Of a DNA stretch of 59,986 nucleotides, positions 39,364 to 48,637 are shown piece by piece. Source of the DNA: Fibrobacterota bacterium (lineage in GTDB: Bacteria > Fibrobacterota > Fibrobacteria > UBA5070); NCBI GenBank assembly GCA_039798065.1, contig JBDKGS010000002.1:1-59986 (forward strand), given 5' to 3'. A program made the translations under genes and the position numbers. The notes beneath the pieces are model-generated. The model worked only from the letters and a program-made list of their open reading frames with translations, did not search any database and was not told the origin of the DNA. Position 1 is the first letter of the stretch, and each line of letters starts with the position of its first letter.

Positions 39364-41058
39364 TCAAGGTTTGTACCCGCGCAGCAGGTCGTCCGACCAG
39401 TGCATTTCGCCGGTGGGGGAGGCGATCGGACAGTTTTTGTTGCCAAGTGCGGGCTGCAAAAGGCTCGTCGACGGATCGGAACCGGGAACCGAGATGCCCG
39501 CCGCGTCGAGCAAAGTCGGCATCGCCTGCGAAGCGCAAATCCGTTTGGACTGGTTGGTCCGGAGTATTCGCAGAGTCGTGGAATCCAGCGAGCCGTCAGT
39601 GGAGGATGTCCAGACCATGAGGGGTACCTGGATTTCCTGGGGGGTGGGTACGGGAGACCCGTGAAGGATGCGGCCGTGTGGAGGATCGAACAGGTTTTCG
39701 CCATGATCTGGAACAAAAACAACGATGGCTGGTCGGGCCGTGTGTTTGACCATCCGCAGCAGGCTGTCCAGGACGAAATCCTGCTCGAGCACGGCGTTGT
39801 CGTAGGCGTTGACAATTTCCGTCTTGTGCGAGGCGTCGAAATCCGCTACTGAAACGGATCCCCGCAAAGCGGGGGTGAAGATCTCGCGATCGGGGGGATA
39901 GCGCCAATTGTAGCGCAGGTGGCAACCCATGAGTTGCACGGTCAGGAACAGAGGTTTCGAGGTCGTCGTCAGCAGGTTCGAGAGCGAAGGAAGCACCACC
40001 CGGTCCCACGAGGGAGCATCCATGTTTTCGTTCAAGCCGATCACGGTGTCGGCATCGGACGCGATCAGCTGGGTCTCGAGGCTGCCTCCGGAATGGATGG
40101 GCTGGTTTGAGATCCAAGCGGTGCGGAAACCCACTTCGGAGAAGGCGCGAAGAAGGCTTCGTTCCCGCATGCCGACTTCGGGCGCCATGGGAGTCGATCG
40201 CTTGGTCAGGAACGGAACGGCCTTGTGGGTCAGGTTGGCCGGAGCGATGGCGTTGCAGAACCAAAAAATGTCATCTCGGCCCTGGAGCAGCGGCATGGTC
40301 GCGCGCGCGTATCCACACGTGGAAAGGTGGTCGGACCGAGTCGCTTCGCCGATCACGAACACGACGATTTGCGCGCCGGGCACACCCGATGTCCGAAAGT
40401 GCGCGCCGAAGCGGAATTCGGCAAGTTGGACTTTCGCGTCCACGAGCGCCGAGCGATCGGACAAGACTTTAAACAGCTTGAGGATCGGTCCGGTCGGATA
40501 GATCCGTTCCCATCGCATCAGCTGAAAATCGAGCAACTTCTCAAAACGGCCTTGCAGGGTTTTGGCCTCGGAGCCGAATCGTTGCATATCGAATGCGGCC
40601 GCCACCAGCAACACGACGACTGGGGCGAAGGCCCACGCGCGACGCGGATGTTTCCAGGTCGAGTTCGAACGGAGGGCGACGAAGACGCAGTAGCCGAATG
40701 ACATCAAACCTGCGGCGAACCAAGGCCACACCGTGCGGAGAAATTCCATCGATTCGGAAGGGTTGGTTCCGATCGAGGCGGCCCATGCGCCTTCGGTGAC
40801 CGGCGATTGGTTGTGGAGGATATGCCATCCTTCGGCCCAGCCCAAAAAGGCCAATGGAGAAAGAAGGCCGATGGAAATCCGATACGGAAGCAGCAGCAAG
40901 GGAACAGCCAGCACCGATGCCGAATACGACAAGATGAACAGGCGCTTCCCCAACGAGGCTTCGGCGAGATCGGAGGTGCCAAGCTGGGCCAAAACCGGCC
41001 AGACAAGAAGTGTCACGGCGATGGACGCAAGGATGCGCTGGCGGTAGTTGTCTTTCAC
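39364..41058 (-). CDS. EptA-like phosphoethanolamine transferase (sulfatase-family, membrane-anchored)
   Basis: N-terminal TM region plus a sulfatase domain ('VVFVIGEATRSDHLSTCGY', 'VPDHGENL'). The GTG start at 41058 overlaps the upstream stop (GTGA). The upstream part of the 806-aa ORF is rejected. Confidence 0.75.
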   Translation of the reverse strand: MKDNYRQRILASIAVTLLVWPVLAQLGTSDLAEASLGKRLFILSYSASVLAVPLLLLPYRISIGLLSPLAFLGWAEGWHILHNQSPVTEGAWAASIGTNPSESMEFLRTVWPWFAAGLMSFGYCVFVALRSNSTWKHPRRAWAFAPVVVLLVAAAFDMQRFGSEAKTLQGRFEKLLDFQLMRWERIYPTGPILKLFKVLSDRSALVDAKVQLAEFRFGAHFRTSGVPGAQIVVFVIGEATRSDHLSTCGYARATMPLLQGRDDIFWFCNAIAPANLTHKAVPFLTKRSTPMAPEVGMRERSLLRAFSEVGFRTAWISNQPIHSGGSLETQLIASDADTVIGLNENMDAPSWDRVVLPSLSNLLTTTSKPLFLTVQLMGCHLRYNWRYPPDREIFTPALRGSVSVADFDASHKTEIVNAYDNAVLEQDFVLDSLLRMVKHTARPAIVVFVPDHGENLFDPPHGRILHGSPVPTPQEIQVPLMVWTSSTDGSLDSTTLRILRTNQSKRICASQAMPTLLDAAGISVPGSDPSTSLLQPALGNKNCPIASPTGEMHWSDDLLRGYKP

Positions 41059-41942
41059 ACCCGCTTCCAACGTTTCCACAACCGCGCCGGCACCATCAGC
41101 TTGGCGATGCCCTTCCAGGTCTGGTCTTCGCGAAACGACACGTGAGCTAGTCGCTTCAGGGCCTCGCGCTTGTCGGAAAGCGTCCACTCCGAAAAGAAGG
41201 CCGAAACCCAGCGCTTGCGGGCTGCGGAGTGGAGCGGGTGGTCGACGTGCGAATCCACGATCTTCAGGATCTCGCGTTCCATGAAGGCGGTACGGGCGTG
41301 CAGGTTGGATCCGTGCAGGCGGTAGTAGGTGAGTTCTTCGGGAAGGAACGCGATGGTGCCGCCGCCACGGGACAGACGCAGCCAGAACCAGAAATCCTCG
41401 ACAGGAAATGACGGATCGTAAGGACCGTATTTTTCCAGCGCCGAACGGCGGAACAATGCTGATGCGCAGGGAATGGCGGTCTTCCCCGTGAACAACGCCT
41501 CGAACGCGTAGCCCGAGGGCGAGGCGGAGAGAAATTGCTGGCTTGCGGATCCCAGACGTTTTCCGTCCGCATCCACGCAGACGGTGGCGGTGAGGCACAC
41601 ATCCACTTCGGGATGGGCACGGAGGAATGCGATTTGTCGGGCGGTCTTTTCGGGATGCCAGAAATCGTCGGTGGCTTGCAGCGCCACGAATTCGCCGCGC
41701 GACCCGTCGATCATGCGGTTGAGCGTGGCGATCAGGCCTTGATTGGGTTGGCGGTCGTAGCGGAAGCCCGCCCGAGAGCTCCATTCGGTCAGAACCCCAT
41801 GCGAGTCGTCCGTGGAGCCGTCGTCGACCACCCAGATTTCCTTGTCGGGAAATGTCTGGTCCAGCGCGGTGCCAACGCTCTGGGCCAGGAATCGCGAATG
41901 GTTGTAGCTCTGCAGCAGGAGCGAGACGACAGGGTCGCTCAT
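41055..41942 (-). CDS. GT2 family glycosyltransferase
   Basis: 295 aa from 'MSDPVVSLLLQSYNHSRFL...WVVDDGSTDDS...LQATDDFW'. ATGA overlap with the upstream gene. Confidence 0.85.
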   Translation of the reverse strand: MSDPVVSLLLQSYNHSRFLAQSVGTALDQTFPDKEIWVVDDGSTDDSHGVLTEWSSRAGFRYDRQPNQGLIATLNRMIDGSRGEFVALQATDDFWHPEKTARQIAFLRAHPEVDVCLTATVCVDADGKRLGSASQQFLSASPSGYAFEALFTGKTAIPCASALFRRSALEKYGPYDPSFPVEDFWFWLRLSRGGGTIAFLPEELTYYRLHGSNLHARTAFMEREILKIVDSHVDHPLHSAARKRWVSAFFSEWTLSDKREALKRLAHVSFREDQTWKGIAKLMVPARLWKRWKRV

Positions 41943-42649
41943 GCGGGCTCCTTCAGACGGATTTTGACATCGCGGTGGATGCGCCACCGGAAGGCCAGGC
42001 GTTGCAGCATGGAGTAGGGGCTGCGGTTGGGATCGAAATTCGCGTTGCCGCCGTGGCGCCGGTGCAGAAGCAGCGGTTCACGCAGCACTTGCACGCCACC
42101 GGTTCTTTCGGCCAATAGTCCCAGCCACCAGTCGTGCATGGGAACGCTTGCGGGGAAGGGTAGTGCCTTCTCCAGCAGTTCGCGGCGCATGGCGATGGCG
42201 CAGCCCAGGTAGCCGGGGCGCAGCAGATTGTTCCAATAGCCGCTCTTGAAACCGCGGGCTCCCAGGAAGGATTCGGACAGAATCTGTTTGTTGGCGGCCA
42301 CCACGCGCGCATCGTGGAGCACCAATGGAGGTCGACCTTCCAAGGCACGACAACATTTGTCGACTTTGCCGGAAAGCCAAACGTCGTCCTGGTCGGCCAG
42401 GAAGATGGTGTCGCCTTTGCAGCGGCGCAGCGCGGCCTCGAAGCTTCCGGGGATGTCGCCGCGGGGCAGTCCTTCCAGGATGCGGACCTTGTCCTTGCAG
42501 AGGTCGCGCACGATCTCCAGTGTGCGGTCGGCGCTTTGGGCATCGGCGACCACGATCTCGTCGTGCGGTCCCAGCTGTTCCAGGATGCTCCAGAGCTGGG
42601 CGCTGATCCAGCGCTCGCCTTGACACGTGGCCATGGCCACCGAGATCAT
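41939..42649 (-). CDS. GT2 family glycosyltransferase
   Basis: 236 aa with 'ISVAMATCQGERWI', 'IVVADAQSADRT' and 'FLADQDDVW'. ATGA overlap with the upstream gene. Confidence 0.8.
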   Translation of the reverse strand: MISVAMATCQGERWISAQLWSILEQLGPHDEIVVADAQSADRTLEIVRDLCKDKVRILEGLPRGDIPGSFEAALRRCKGDTIFLADQDDVWLSGKVDKCCRALEGRPPLVLHDARVVAANKQILSESFLGARGFKSGYWNNLLRPGYLGCAIAMRRELLEKALPFPASVPMHDWWLGLLAERTGGVQVLREPLLLHRRHGGNANFDPNRSPYSMLQRLAFRWRIHRDVKIRLKEPA

Positions 42650-43488
42650 GGAGCGGGCTCCAATGGAAGCCCCTTGGCGAAGTGCTTGGTCCAGGTCGAC
42701 AGGAAACGTCGGTCCATGAGGAACGCGGCGAGTTTGAGCGCACGTCCCAGCGACCAGCGGCGAAGGTTCCTGCGATGGACGGGATCGAGGTCGGCGTAGG
42801 CGCGGGCGCCGGCGCAGAACCAGGCGAAACGGGCAAGACGGTTTTCGACGCTGGCGGGCGCGTGGGAAGAAAGGTCGTGGACCAGTTCGAGATCCACCAG
42901 GGCCAAGGTGCCGCCGGAACGACCCATTCGGTGGAAAAGGGAGTAGTCCGAGAAATCCAAAGGCGCCTGGGTGAGTTCACGCGATGCGCTCAACAAGGCG
43001 TCGACGCGGATGAGAAGTCCCGAGTTCAAGGCGACGATTCCTGTCGCATCCCAGGGGCCGCTTCCGATTGGCGCGCCGCGGCGGGGTGTCCCGCATTTCA
43101 CGACGAACGGAGAAAGACGTTTTCCGTCATGCACGAGCCTTGGCGCCCAGCAGGTGGCCAGAGGGTGCGCCGACACGGCGGCTTCGTAGGCGGTCCACCA
43201 GCCGTCGGGTGCCGTGAAGTCGTGGTCCAAGAGAAGCAGGAACGAATCGCCGCGTTCGTCGGCCAGGCGCGCCGCCTGCAGGTAGCGCGGACCAACGCCC
43301 GGGTTGCGTCCATCGTCCAGCGATTCTTCGACATGCCCGCCGACCGGAGGCAATCCGGATTTTCCGTTGGAATAGACCGCGACGGGAATTGTCGAGCCTG
43401 ACGATGCGAGCGATTTCGCGACGGGCGCGTCGTTCCAGTCGACACCTCGCAGCACGGCCACGGCCAAGGTGCGCGAGGAGGTGTTCAT
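42646..43488 (-). CDS. GT2-like glycosyltransferase
   Basis: 280 aa from 'MNTSSRTLAVAVL', with 'FLLLLDHDF' (DxD-like). Its ATG overlaps the miaB stop (ATGA). Confidence 0.6.
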   Translation of the reverse strand: MNTSSRTLAVAVLRGVDWNDAPVAKSLASSGSTIPVAVYSNGKSGLPPVGGHVEESLDDGRNPGVGPRYLQAARLADERGDSFLLLLDHDFTAPDGWWTAYEAAVSAHPLATCWAPRLVHDGKRLSPFVVKCGTPRRGAPIGSGPWDATGIVALNSGLLIRVDALLSASRELTQAPLDFSDYSLFHRMGRSGGTLALVDLELVHDLSSHAPASVENRLARFAWFCAGARAYADLDPVHRRNLRRWSLGRALKLAAFLMDRRFLSTWTKHFAKGLPLEPAP

Positions 43489-44822
43489 GCCCGTTCGCCC
43501 CACAAAATCTGTCCGCGCCGCGAAATGATTCGTGTCGTCAGAATCTGTCCTGGTTTGGCGTCGGGGCCGGGTGCGAGAACAACCTTGCGGAAGTGCGTGG
43601 TCTTCCCGATCCACTCCTCGCCGTTGCGGCGCGAGGCGCCTTCCAACATGACGTTTTCCGTCGTGCCCACGCTGGAGTCCAGCCGTTCGTAGGTGTGGCG
43701 GCGCTGGACCTCGATGATCTCGGCCAACCGCGCCTGCTTTTCCGCTTCGGTGATCGTTTCCGCCATGTCGGCGGAAAGCGTGCCGGGGCGGGGCGAATAC
43801 GCGAACATGTAAGCGGTGTCGAAGCGCACCGCGTCCATGACGGAAATCGTCTCCTGGTGTTCCTCGAACGATTCACCGGGGTATCCAGCGATGATGTCGG
43901 TGGTGAGCGCCACGTCGGGCATGAAGGAGCGGATCCTGTCCACGATCCGCAGGTACTGGTCGCGGCTGTACTGGCGGCGCATGGACCGCAAGACGCGACT
44001 GGATCCCGATTGAAGGGGAATGTGCATGTGCCGGCACACGGTGGGAAGGTCTGCCATGGTGCGGCAGAGGTTCTCCGTGAAATAGCGCGGATGCGGGCTC
44101 ATGAAGCGCACGCGACGCAATCCGGGTAGCTTGTCGAGCGCAGCCAAAAGGTCTCCGAAATTTCCATCGTCGGCGCGGTAGGCGTTCACGGTCTGCCCCA
44201 GAAGCATGACCTCCACCACGCCCTTGTCCACCAATCGCCGCGCTTCCTCGAGCACGTCGCGCAACGGACGCGAACGCTCGGGGCCGCGGGTGGTTGGCAC
44301 GATGCAATAGCTGCATTTCATGTCGCAACCGCGTTGCACGGCCACGAACGCCGATGTCCCGGCGGGTGCCGCGGCGAACAGTCCCTCGTAGGTCTGCGCG
44401 ATGTCGGGCCCCAGCGCCGACGTCAATTTCCGTTTTGAATCGGAATTGTCGAGGATCTCGCCCAGGCGGTCGTAGTGGTCGGGTCCCAGCAGGATATCGA
44501 CCTCGGGGATGCGCTCGAGGATGGCCTCCTTCTTGTTTTCGGCCATGCAACCCAGCACGCCCATGCGGACCGACGGATTCCGCCGGCGATGGTGGGCGAT
44601 GGAACGCAGCTTCTCCAGCGCGGTTTCTTCCGCCTTGTCGCGCACCGAACAGGTGTTCACAAGGATCAGATCGGCGCCGCCGGGATCTTCGGTCCTGGAG
44701 TAGCCGCGCTCGGCCAAAAGCTCGGCGACCAGCGCGCTGTCGTATTCGTTCATCTGGCAGCCGTAGGTCTCCAGGAAATAGCGACGTCCACCGGCCTGAG
44801 ACGTGTTCTCGATTTCTTCCAC
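43485..44822 (-). CDS. miaB: tRNA-i6A37 methylthiotransferase MiaB (radical SAM)
   Basis: 445 aa with 'RYFLETYGCQMNEYDS', the radical-SAM cluster 'GCDMKCSYCIVP' and a C-terminal TRAM region. Confidence 0.92.
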   Translation of the reverse strand: MEEIENTSQAGGRRYFLETYGCQMNEYDSALVAELLAERGYSRTEDPGGADLILVNTCSVRDKAEETALEKLRSIAHHRRRNPSVRMGVLGCMAENKKEAILERIPEVDILLGPDHYDRLGEILDNSDSKRKLTSALGPDIAQTYEGLFAAAPAGTSAFVAVQRGCDMKCSYCIVPTTRGPERSRPLRDVLEEARRLVDKGVVEVMLLGQTVNAYRADDGNFGDLLAALDKLPGLRRVRFMSPHPRYFTENLCRTMADLPTVCRHMHIPLQSGSSRVLRSMRRQYSRDQYLRIVDRIRSFMPDVALTTDIIAGYPGESFEEHQETISVMDAVRFDTAYMFAYSPRPGTLSADMAETITEAEKQARLAEIIEVQRRHTYERLDSSVGTTENVMLEGASRRNGEEWIGKTTHFRKVVLAPGPDAKPGQILTTRIISRRGQILWGERA

Positions 44823-44984
44823 CTTGGGAAAGGTAGCGACCTGTCGAACTCTCTTCTGCGTTTCCGATCTCAGGCCGTTAGGATTGCCATTTCGCGTTCC
44901 AAATTCCGCCTTGCCTGTGCTTCGAACCGCTCCCTTTCCCTCGACCTCTAGGATCCCAAGAGTGCGAGGAATCGGCGGTCGAGT

Positions 44985-45527
44985 TCAACCAGCGGATTGC
45001 TCTAATTCTTCCTCTTCTTCCGGAGAGGATGACGAACGCTCACCCAACCAGGTCCACGAGACAGCAATCACGGAGTACGCGAATGCGAAGACCATCGTCT
45101 CCATGCGATTCTGATCCGCAGCCGCGACATCATCAGATCCCGCGACCCAACCCGCGATCAAGCCGCTGGCCAAAAGCCCTACCATCAGGATCATGACGCC
45201 GCGCGGAATCAAGGGGGGCGTATACTCTGCCGCATCCCGAATCCGCGGATCGGTCCCATACTGGTTGCGCCCCGCCTCCCCCTCTCCGAACAGCATCGTC
45301 AAGTAGAAGACTGGCAACAGGACAAACCAGCCGCTTCGGCCGAGGTCATGCAGCCTCTTGACATGCTGGCAGAGCAGGAACCACAGCACGGCCGCCCCGG
45401 CGCCAAAGCCCAACAAAATCCCCACGGCATTCCCCCAGGACAGGAAGAAGGCTGGAAGCAGTATAAGTAAAGGCTTGAAGGCGAGTATCCGATTCCAATA
45501 GACCGACCTGCGGATGCGTCCTTGCAT
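44985..45527 (-). CDS. DUF805-family inner membrane protein
   Basis: 'GRIRRSVYWN' and 'VKRLHDLGRSGWFVLL' are DUF805 hallmarks. The start is placed at MQGRI; the ORF extends to 45602. Confidence 0.7.
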   Translation of the reverse strand: MQGRIRRSVYWNRILAFKPLLILLPAFFLSWGNAVGILLGFGAGAAVLWFLLCQHVKRLHDLGRSGWFVLLPVFYLTMLFGEGEAGRNQYGTDPRIRDAAEYTPPLIPRGVMILMVGLLASGLIAGWVAGSDDVAAADQNRMETMVFAFAYSVIAVSWTWLGERSSSSPEEEEELEQSAG

Positions 45528-45683
45528 TGTGAAAACGCCGGGTTCTGAATATCCGTACACACGAAAACTTTCGTTGAATTGATCACATAGGCCGAGTTTC
45601 AAACAAGCCGACTGAAAGCCGATGCAAGGGTTCGCCAGGCGGCAAAAAAGATAGCCCGTGAACCTGCGGCACGAAAGCCGTAT

Positions 45684-45775
45684 TCTGGCAGCCGTAGGTC
45701 TCCAGGAAATAGCGTTTGGAAGGCAAGTCCTGAGACGGTTTCTCGATTTTCTTCACGCAGGGAAAGGTAGCGTCC
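45684..45775 (-). pseudogene. Orphan duplicate of the miaB 5' end (leader plus the first ~20 codons)
   Basis: This ~90-bp segment is roughly 80% identical by eye to 44753-44841. It still encodes 'RYFLETYGCQ' and then loses the frame. Confidence 0.75.
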
Positions 45776-45806
45776 CGATCGGCACCATCGGCCATCCCGA
45801 AGCGAT

Positions 45807-48584
45807 TCAAACGAGCTTGCGCTTCAGGTTGCGTTCGAGGATGACGACCATGTCGTTGAAGTCGAATGGCTTGGGTAGGAAATCGTCCAATCCGAATTCC
45901 ACGCAACGAGCGCGGTCTCGCGGGAGTACGCCCGCGGTCATGGCCACGATGGGAAGGGTGAGTCCTAGGTCGTTGTGGATCGCCCGTGTGGCGGTGTATC
46001 CATCCATGACCGGCATCTGGATATCCATCAGGACCAGGTCGAACTTGGGGTCGTCGCGCAAAGTGTCCACGGCTTGGAGTCCGTGTTCGGCAACTTTTGT
46101 CTCGATTCCCAGCTGGTTGAGAATTCCCGTGGCCACCACTTGGTTGATGGCGTTGTCCTCGACAACAAGGATGCGGATCGGAACGGAATTTGGAGTTTCC
46201 GCGGCTGTGGCGAGGGAAACGGATTCGTGCAGGAGCGGTTCGACCACTTCTCGCACGGCGGCTTCGGTGACTGGCCAAAACAGGATTTTCTGGACCGGAA
46301 ACGCATCGGAACCGGAAGGGCCGTCGTCGCGGAAGGCGTGGTCCATGCCCACCAAAGGCAACCCCCGATCTTGCGCCTCGCGCCGCAGGATATCGAGCCC
46401 TGGAAGATCCGCATCGACCAGGATTCCCGACCAGGACTCGCCCGAGTATTCGCCGCGCCGCAGGATGTCGCGGACCTTCGGAATGGACGACAAAATCTGG
46501 TAGGACCAGCCAAGCCGTTTGAAGGCGAGCTCGAGGCTCGATGCCAGAGTCCGGTTGGGTTCGACGATCAGAAACGGATGGGGCCAGACGGGTGCGCTCG
46601 GGCTTTTCCCATGGGGGATCGTTTCGAGGGGAATCGAAAAACGGAACTCGGTCCCGACGCCAGGGCAGGTCTCGAACTCCAGGACGCCGCCCATGAGTTC
46701 CACGAGTTGACGGGAAATGGCAAGGCCCAATCCGGTTCCGTCGTGGCGTCTGGTGAGGGACGAATCGAATTGCGTGAAGGGAACGAACAGTCTAGACGCC
46801 AACGACGGATCCATCCCGATCCCGCTGTCGCGGACGGAAAAGCGCAATCGACCCTCGCGCAGCGGGTCGCGTTCGATCCCGAGTTGCACTTCGCCGTGGT
46901 CGGTGAATTTCACGGCGTTCCCCACCAGGTTCACCAAAACTTGTTGCAGACGAACGCTGTCGCCGCGCAGGTACCTCGGCACGTCGGGTTGGATCATGAT
47001 GGCCAGCACCAGTCGCTTCTTCGCGCTTGCCGAGGCCATGGTGCCGGAAATTGTCGAGGTCAGGTCGTCGAGCTCGAAATCGCACGGTTCGAGAACGACG
47101 TCCCCCGTCTCCAGCCGGGAAAAATCGAGGATGGAATGGATCACCCTGGACAACGCCTGGCCCGAGCGTCGGATCATCCGCGCCGTTTCGTGCGCCTCGT
47201 TGGACAGTTCGGAGCGAGTCAGGATTTCCGAAAGACCGATGATCCCGTTCAACGGAGTGCGGATCTCGTGGCTCATGTTGGTGACAAATTCCGTCTTGGC
47301 ACGGGTGGATTCTTCGGCGGCGGACTTGGCCGCTTCCAAGGCGGCGCGGACCTGGCGATCCCCGGTGATGTCGTGGATCTGGAGGAAGAACGTGTCCTTG
47401 AAGGAGGCGGGTTTGGCCACCGTCACGCGAGCCCACACGTGGACGCCATCGAGTCGCACCAGTTCGCGGTCGATGGAGTACTTCGTGGTTTCGCCCGACA
47501 TGAGTTTGGCCAACCTTGCGTTTGCGGGCTCCACGTCCTGCGGAAGTGAAACCATCTGGATCGTCTGCCCCACGATCTGGTCGTGGGTGCCGCCGAGCAG
47601 CTCGCACAAGTACTGGTTGGCTTCGCGAATGGACAGATCGAGGTTCACGATCGCGTATCCTGTTCCCGAAAGCGCCAGGGCGTCGCGCAGTCGTTGGTCG
47701 GTCTCGCGGGCCCGATCCCGCAGGCTTCGCATCTGGTCGGCAAGCATTCCGATCAGGAAGGCGCCAAGAAATGTCGCGACTCCGGCGGCGAACAATCCCT
47801 GTGCGCCATCGGTGGCATAGGCCGTCGGCATGCGGATCCATCCGAACATGAACAAGAACCCGCAGACAAGAAATGTGAAATTGCCGATCAAGGAGATCCT
47901 GAAGGCGCCGAAGTGGAACGCGGCGATTCCCAGAGGTAGCGCGATGTACGGGAAGGGAAACGGGATCCAGGCCAGCGCCAGTGCGGAAAAGACGCCGAAA
48001 AGGACGGGCCAACCCGCGTACGGCCATGGATTTAGACGGATTTTGTCAAGTTCCAACTTGTCGGTGGCGAGGTACGGAACGACGATGAAAACGAACGCGC
48101 TCAGGTCGCCGCCCCACCAGTGCCAGAACAGGTGGTTCCAAGGCTGGTCGGCATGCCACGATTGGACGCTCGCTCCCAGCGCGGCTCCGGCGGGAAGGCT
48201 CGCCAGCGCGAACGTTCCCAATGCCCGCATCGTCGAGACCAGACTGTTCGGATTCTGCTGATCGGAGTGGGGTTGCACCAAAAGCGCACCCAACACAACC
48301 GTGGCGAGGTGCGCGAAACCGAACCCCAAGGTGGGCAGAATCCGGGAATCGTCCATCATCAGGAACGCCAAGGTCTGCACAGCGAAGAACACCGCGCTCA
48401 GCAACACCCATTGGCGGCGCGATGCGTTGACAAAAAACAGGAAAGCCAGTGCGGTGGGAAGCCAGATGAATGGTGCCGTCGTGCTGGGGGGCAGAAGGGT
48501 CAACTGGGCTGCTGTCGAGAGGCATTGGAGCGCCACGAACCAGACGATGCCACGTCGCGAAAGCGGCTGTGCCAGGGATTCCAT
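45807..48584 (-). CDS. Hybrid sensor histidine kinase/response regulator with an N-terminal MASE1-like membrane sensor and a PAS domain
   Basis: 925 aa: about 8 TM segments, PAS, H-box 'SHEIRTPLNGIIG', 'GTGLGLAISRQLV', a degenerate receiver, then the canonical receiver 'ILVVEDN...DLVLMDIQMPVMDG'. Confidence 0.9.
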   Translation of the reverse strand: MESLAQPLSRRGIVWFVALQCLSTAAQLTLLPPSTTAPFIWLPTALAFLFFVNASRRQWVLLSAVFFAVQTLAFLMMDDSRILPTLGFGFAHLATVVLGALLVQPHSDQQNPNSLVSTMRALGTFALASLPAGAALGASVQSWHADQPWNHLFWHWWGGDLSAFVFIVVPYLATDKLELDKIRLNPWPYAGWPVLFGVFSALALAWIPFPFPYIALPLGIAAFHFGAFRISLIGNFTFLVCGFLFMFGWIRMPTAYATDGAQGLFAAGVATFLGAFLIGMLADQMRSLRDRARETDQRLRDALALSGTGYAIVNLDLSIREANQYLCELLGGTHDQIVGQTIQMVSLPQDVEPANARLAKLMSGETTKYSIDRELVRLDGVHVWARVTVAKPASFKDTFFLQIHDITGDRQVRAALEAAKSAAEESTRAKTEFVTNMSHEIRTPLNGIIGLSEILTRSELSNEAHETARMIRRSGQALSRVIHSILDFSRLETGDVVLEPCDFELDDLTSTISGTMASASAKKRLVLAIMIQPDVPRYLRGDSVRLQQVLVNLVGNAVKFTDHGEVQLGIERDPLREGRLRFSVRDSGIGMDPSLASRLFVPFTQFDSSLTRRHDGTGLGLAISRQLVELMGGVLEFETCPGVGTEFRFSIPLETIPHGKSPSAPVWPHPFLIVEPNRTLASSLELAFKRLGWSYQILSSIPKVRDILRRGEYSGESWSGILVDADLPGLDILRREAQDRGLPLVGMDHAFRDDGPSGSDAFPVQKILFWPVTEAAVREVVEPLLHESVSLATAAETPNSVPIRILVVEDNAINQVVATGILNQLGIETKVAEHGLQAVDTLRDDPKFDLVLMDIQMPVMDGYTATRAIHNDLGLTLPIVAMTAGVLPRDRARCVEFGLDDFLPKPFDFNDMVVILERNLKRKLV

Positions 48585-48637
48585 AGGGGCTCAGGATACC
48601 ATATCGGGTTGACGAAGGCGCGATCGGGTCTTCGGGT

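Noticed and set aside
39364-41784. 806-aa ORF implying a very large EptA-like protein.
   Set aside because: The upstream 242 codons overlap the GT2 gene 41055..41942 in another frame and are Arg/Pro-rich. A GTG at 41058, overlapping the GT2 stop, gives a normal ~564-aa enzyme.
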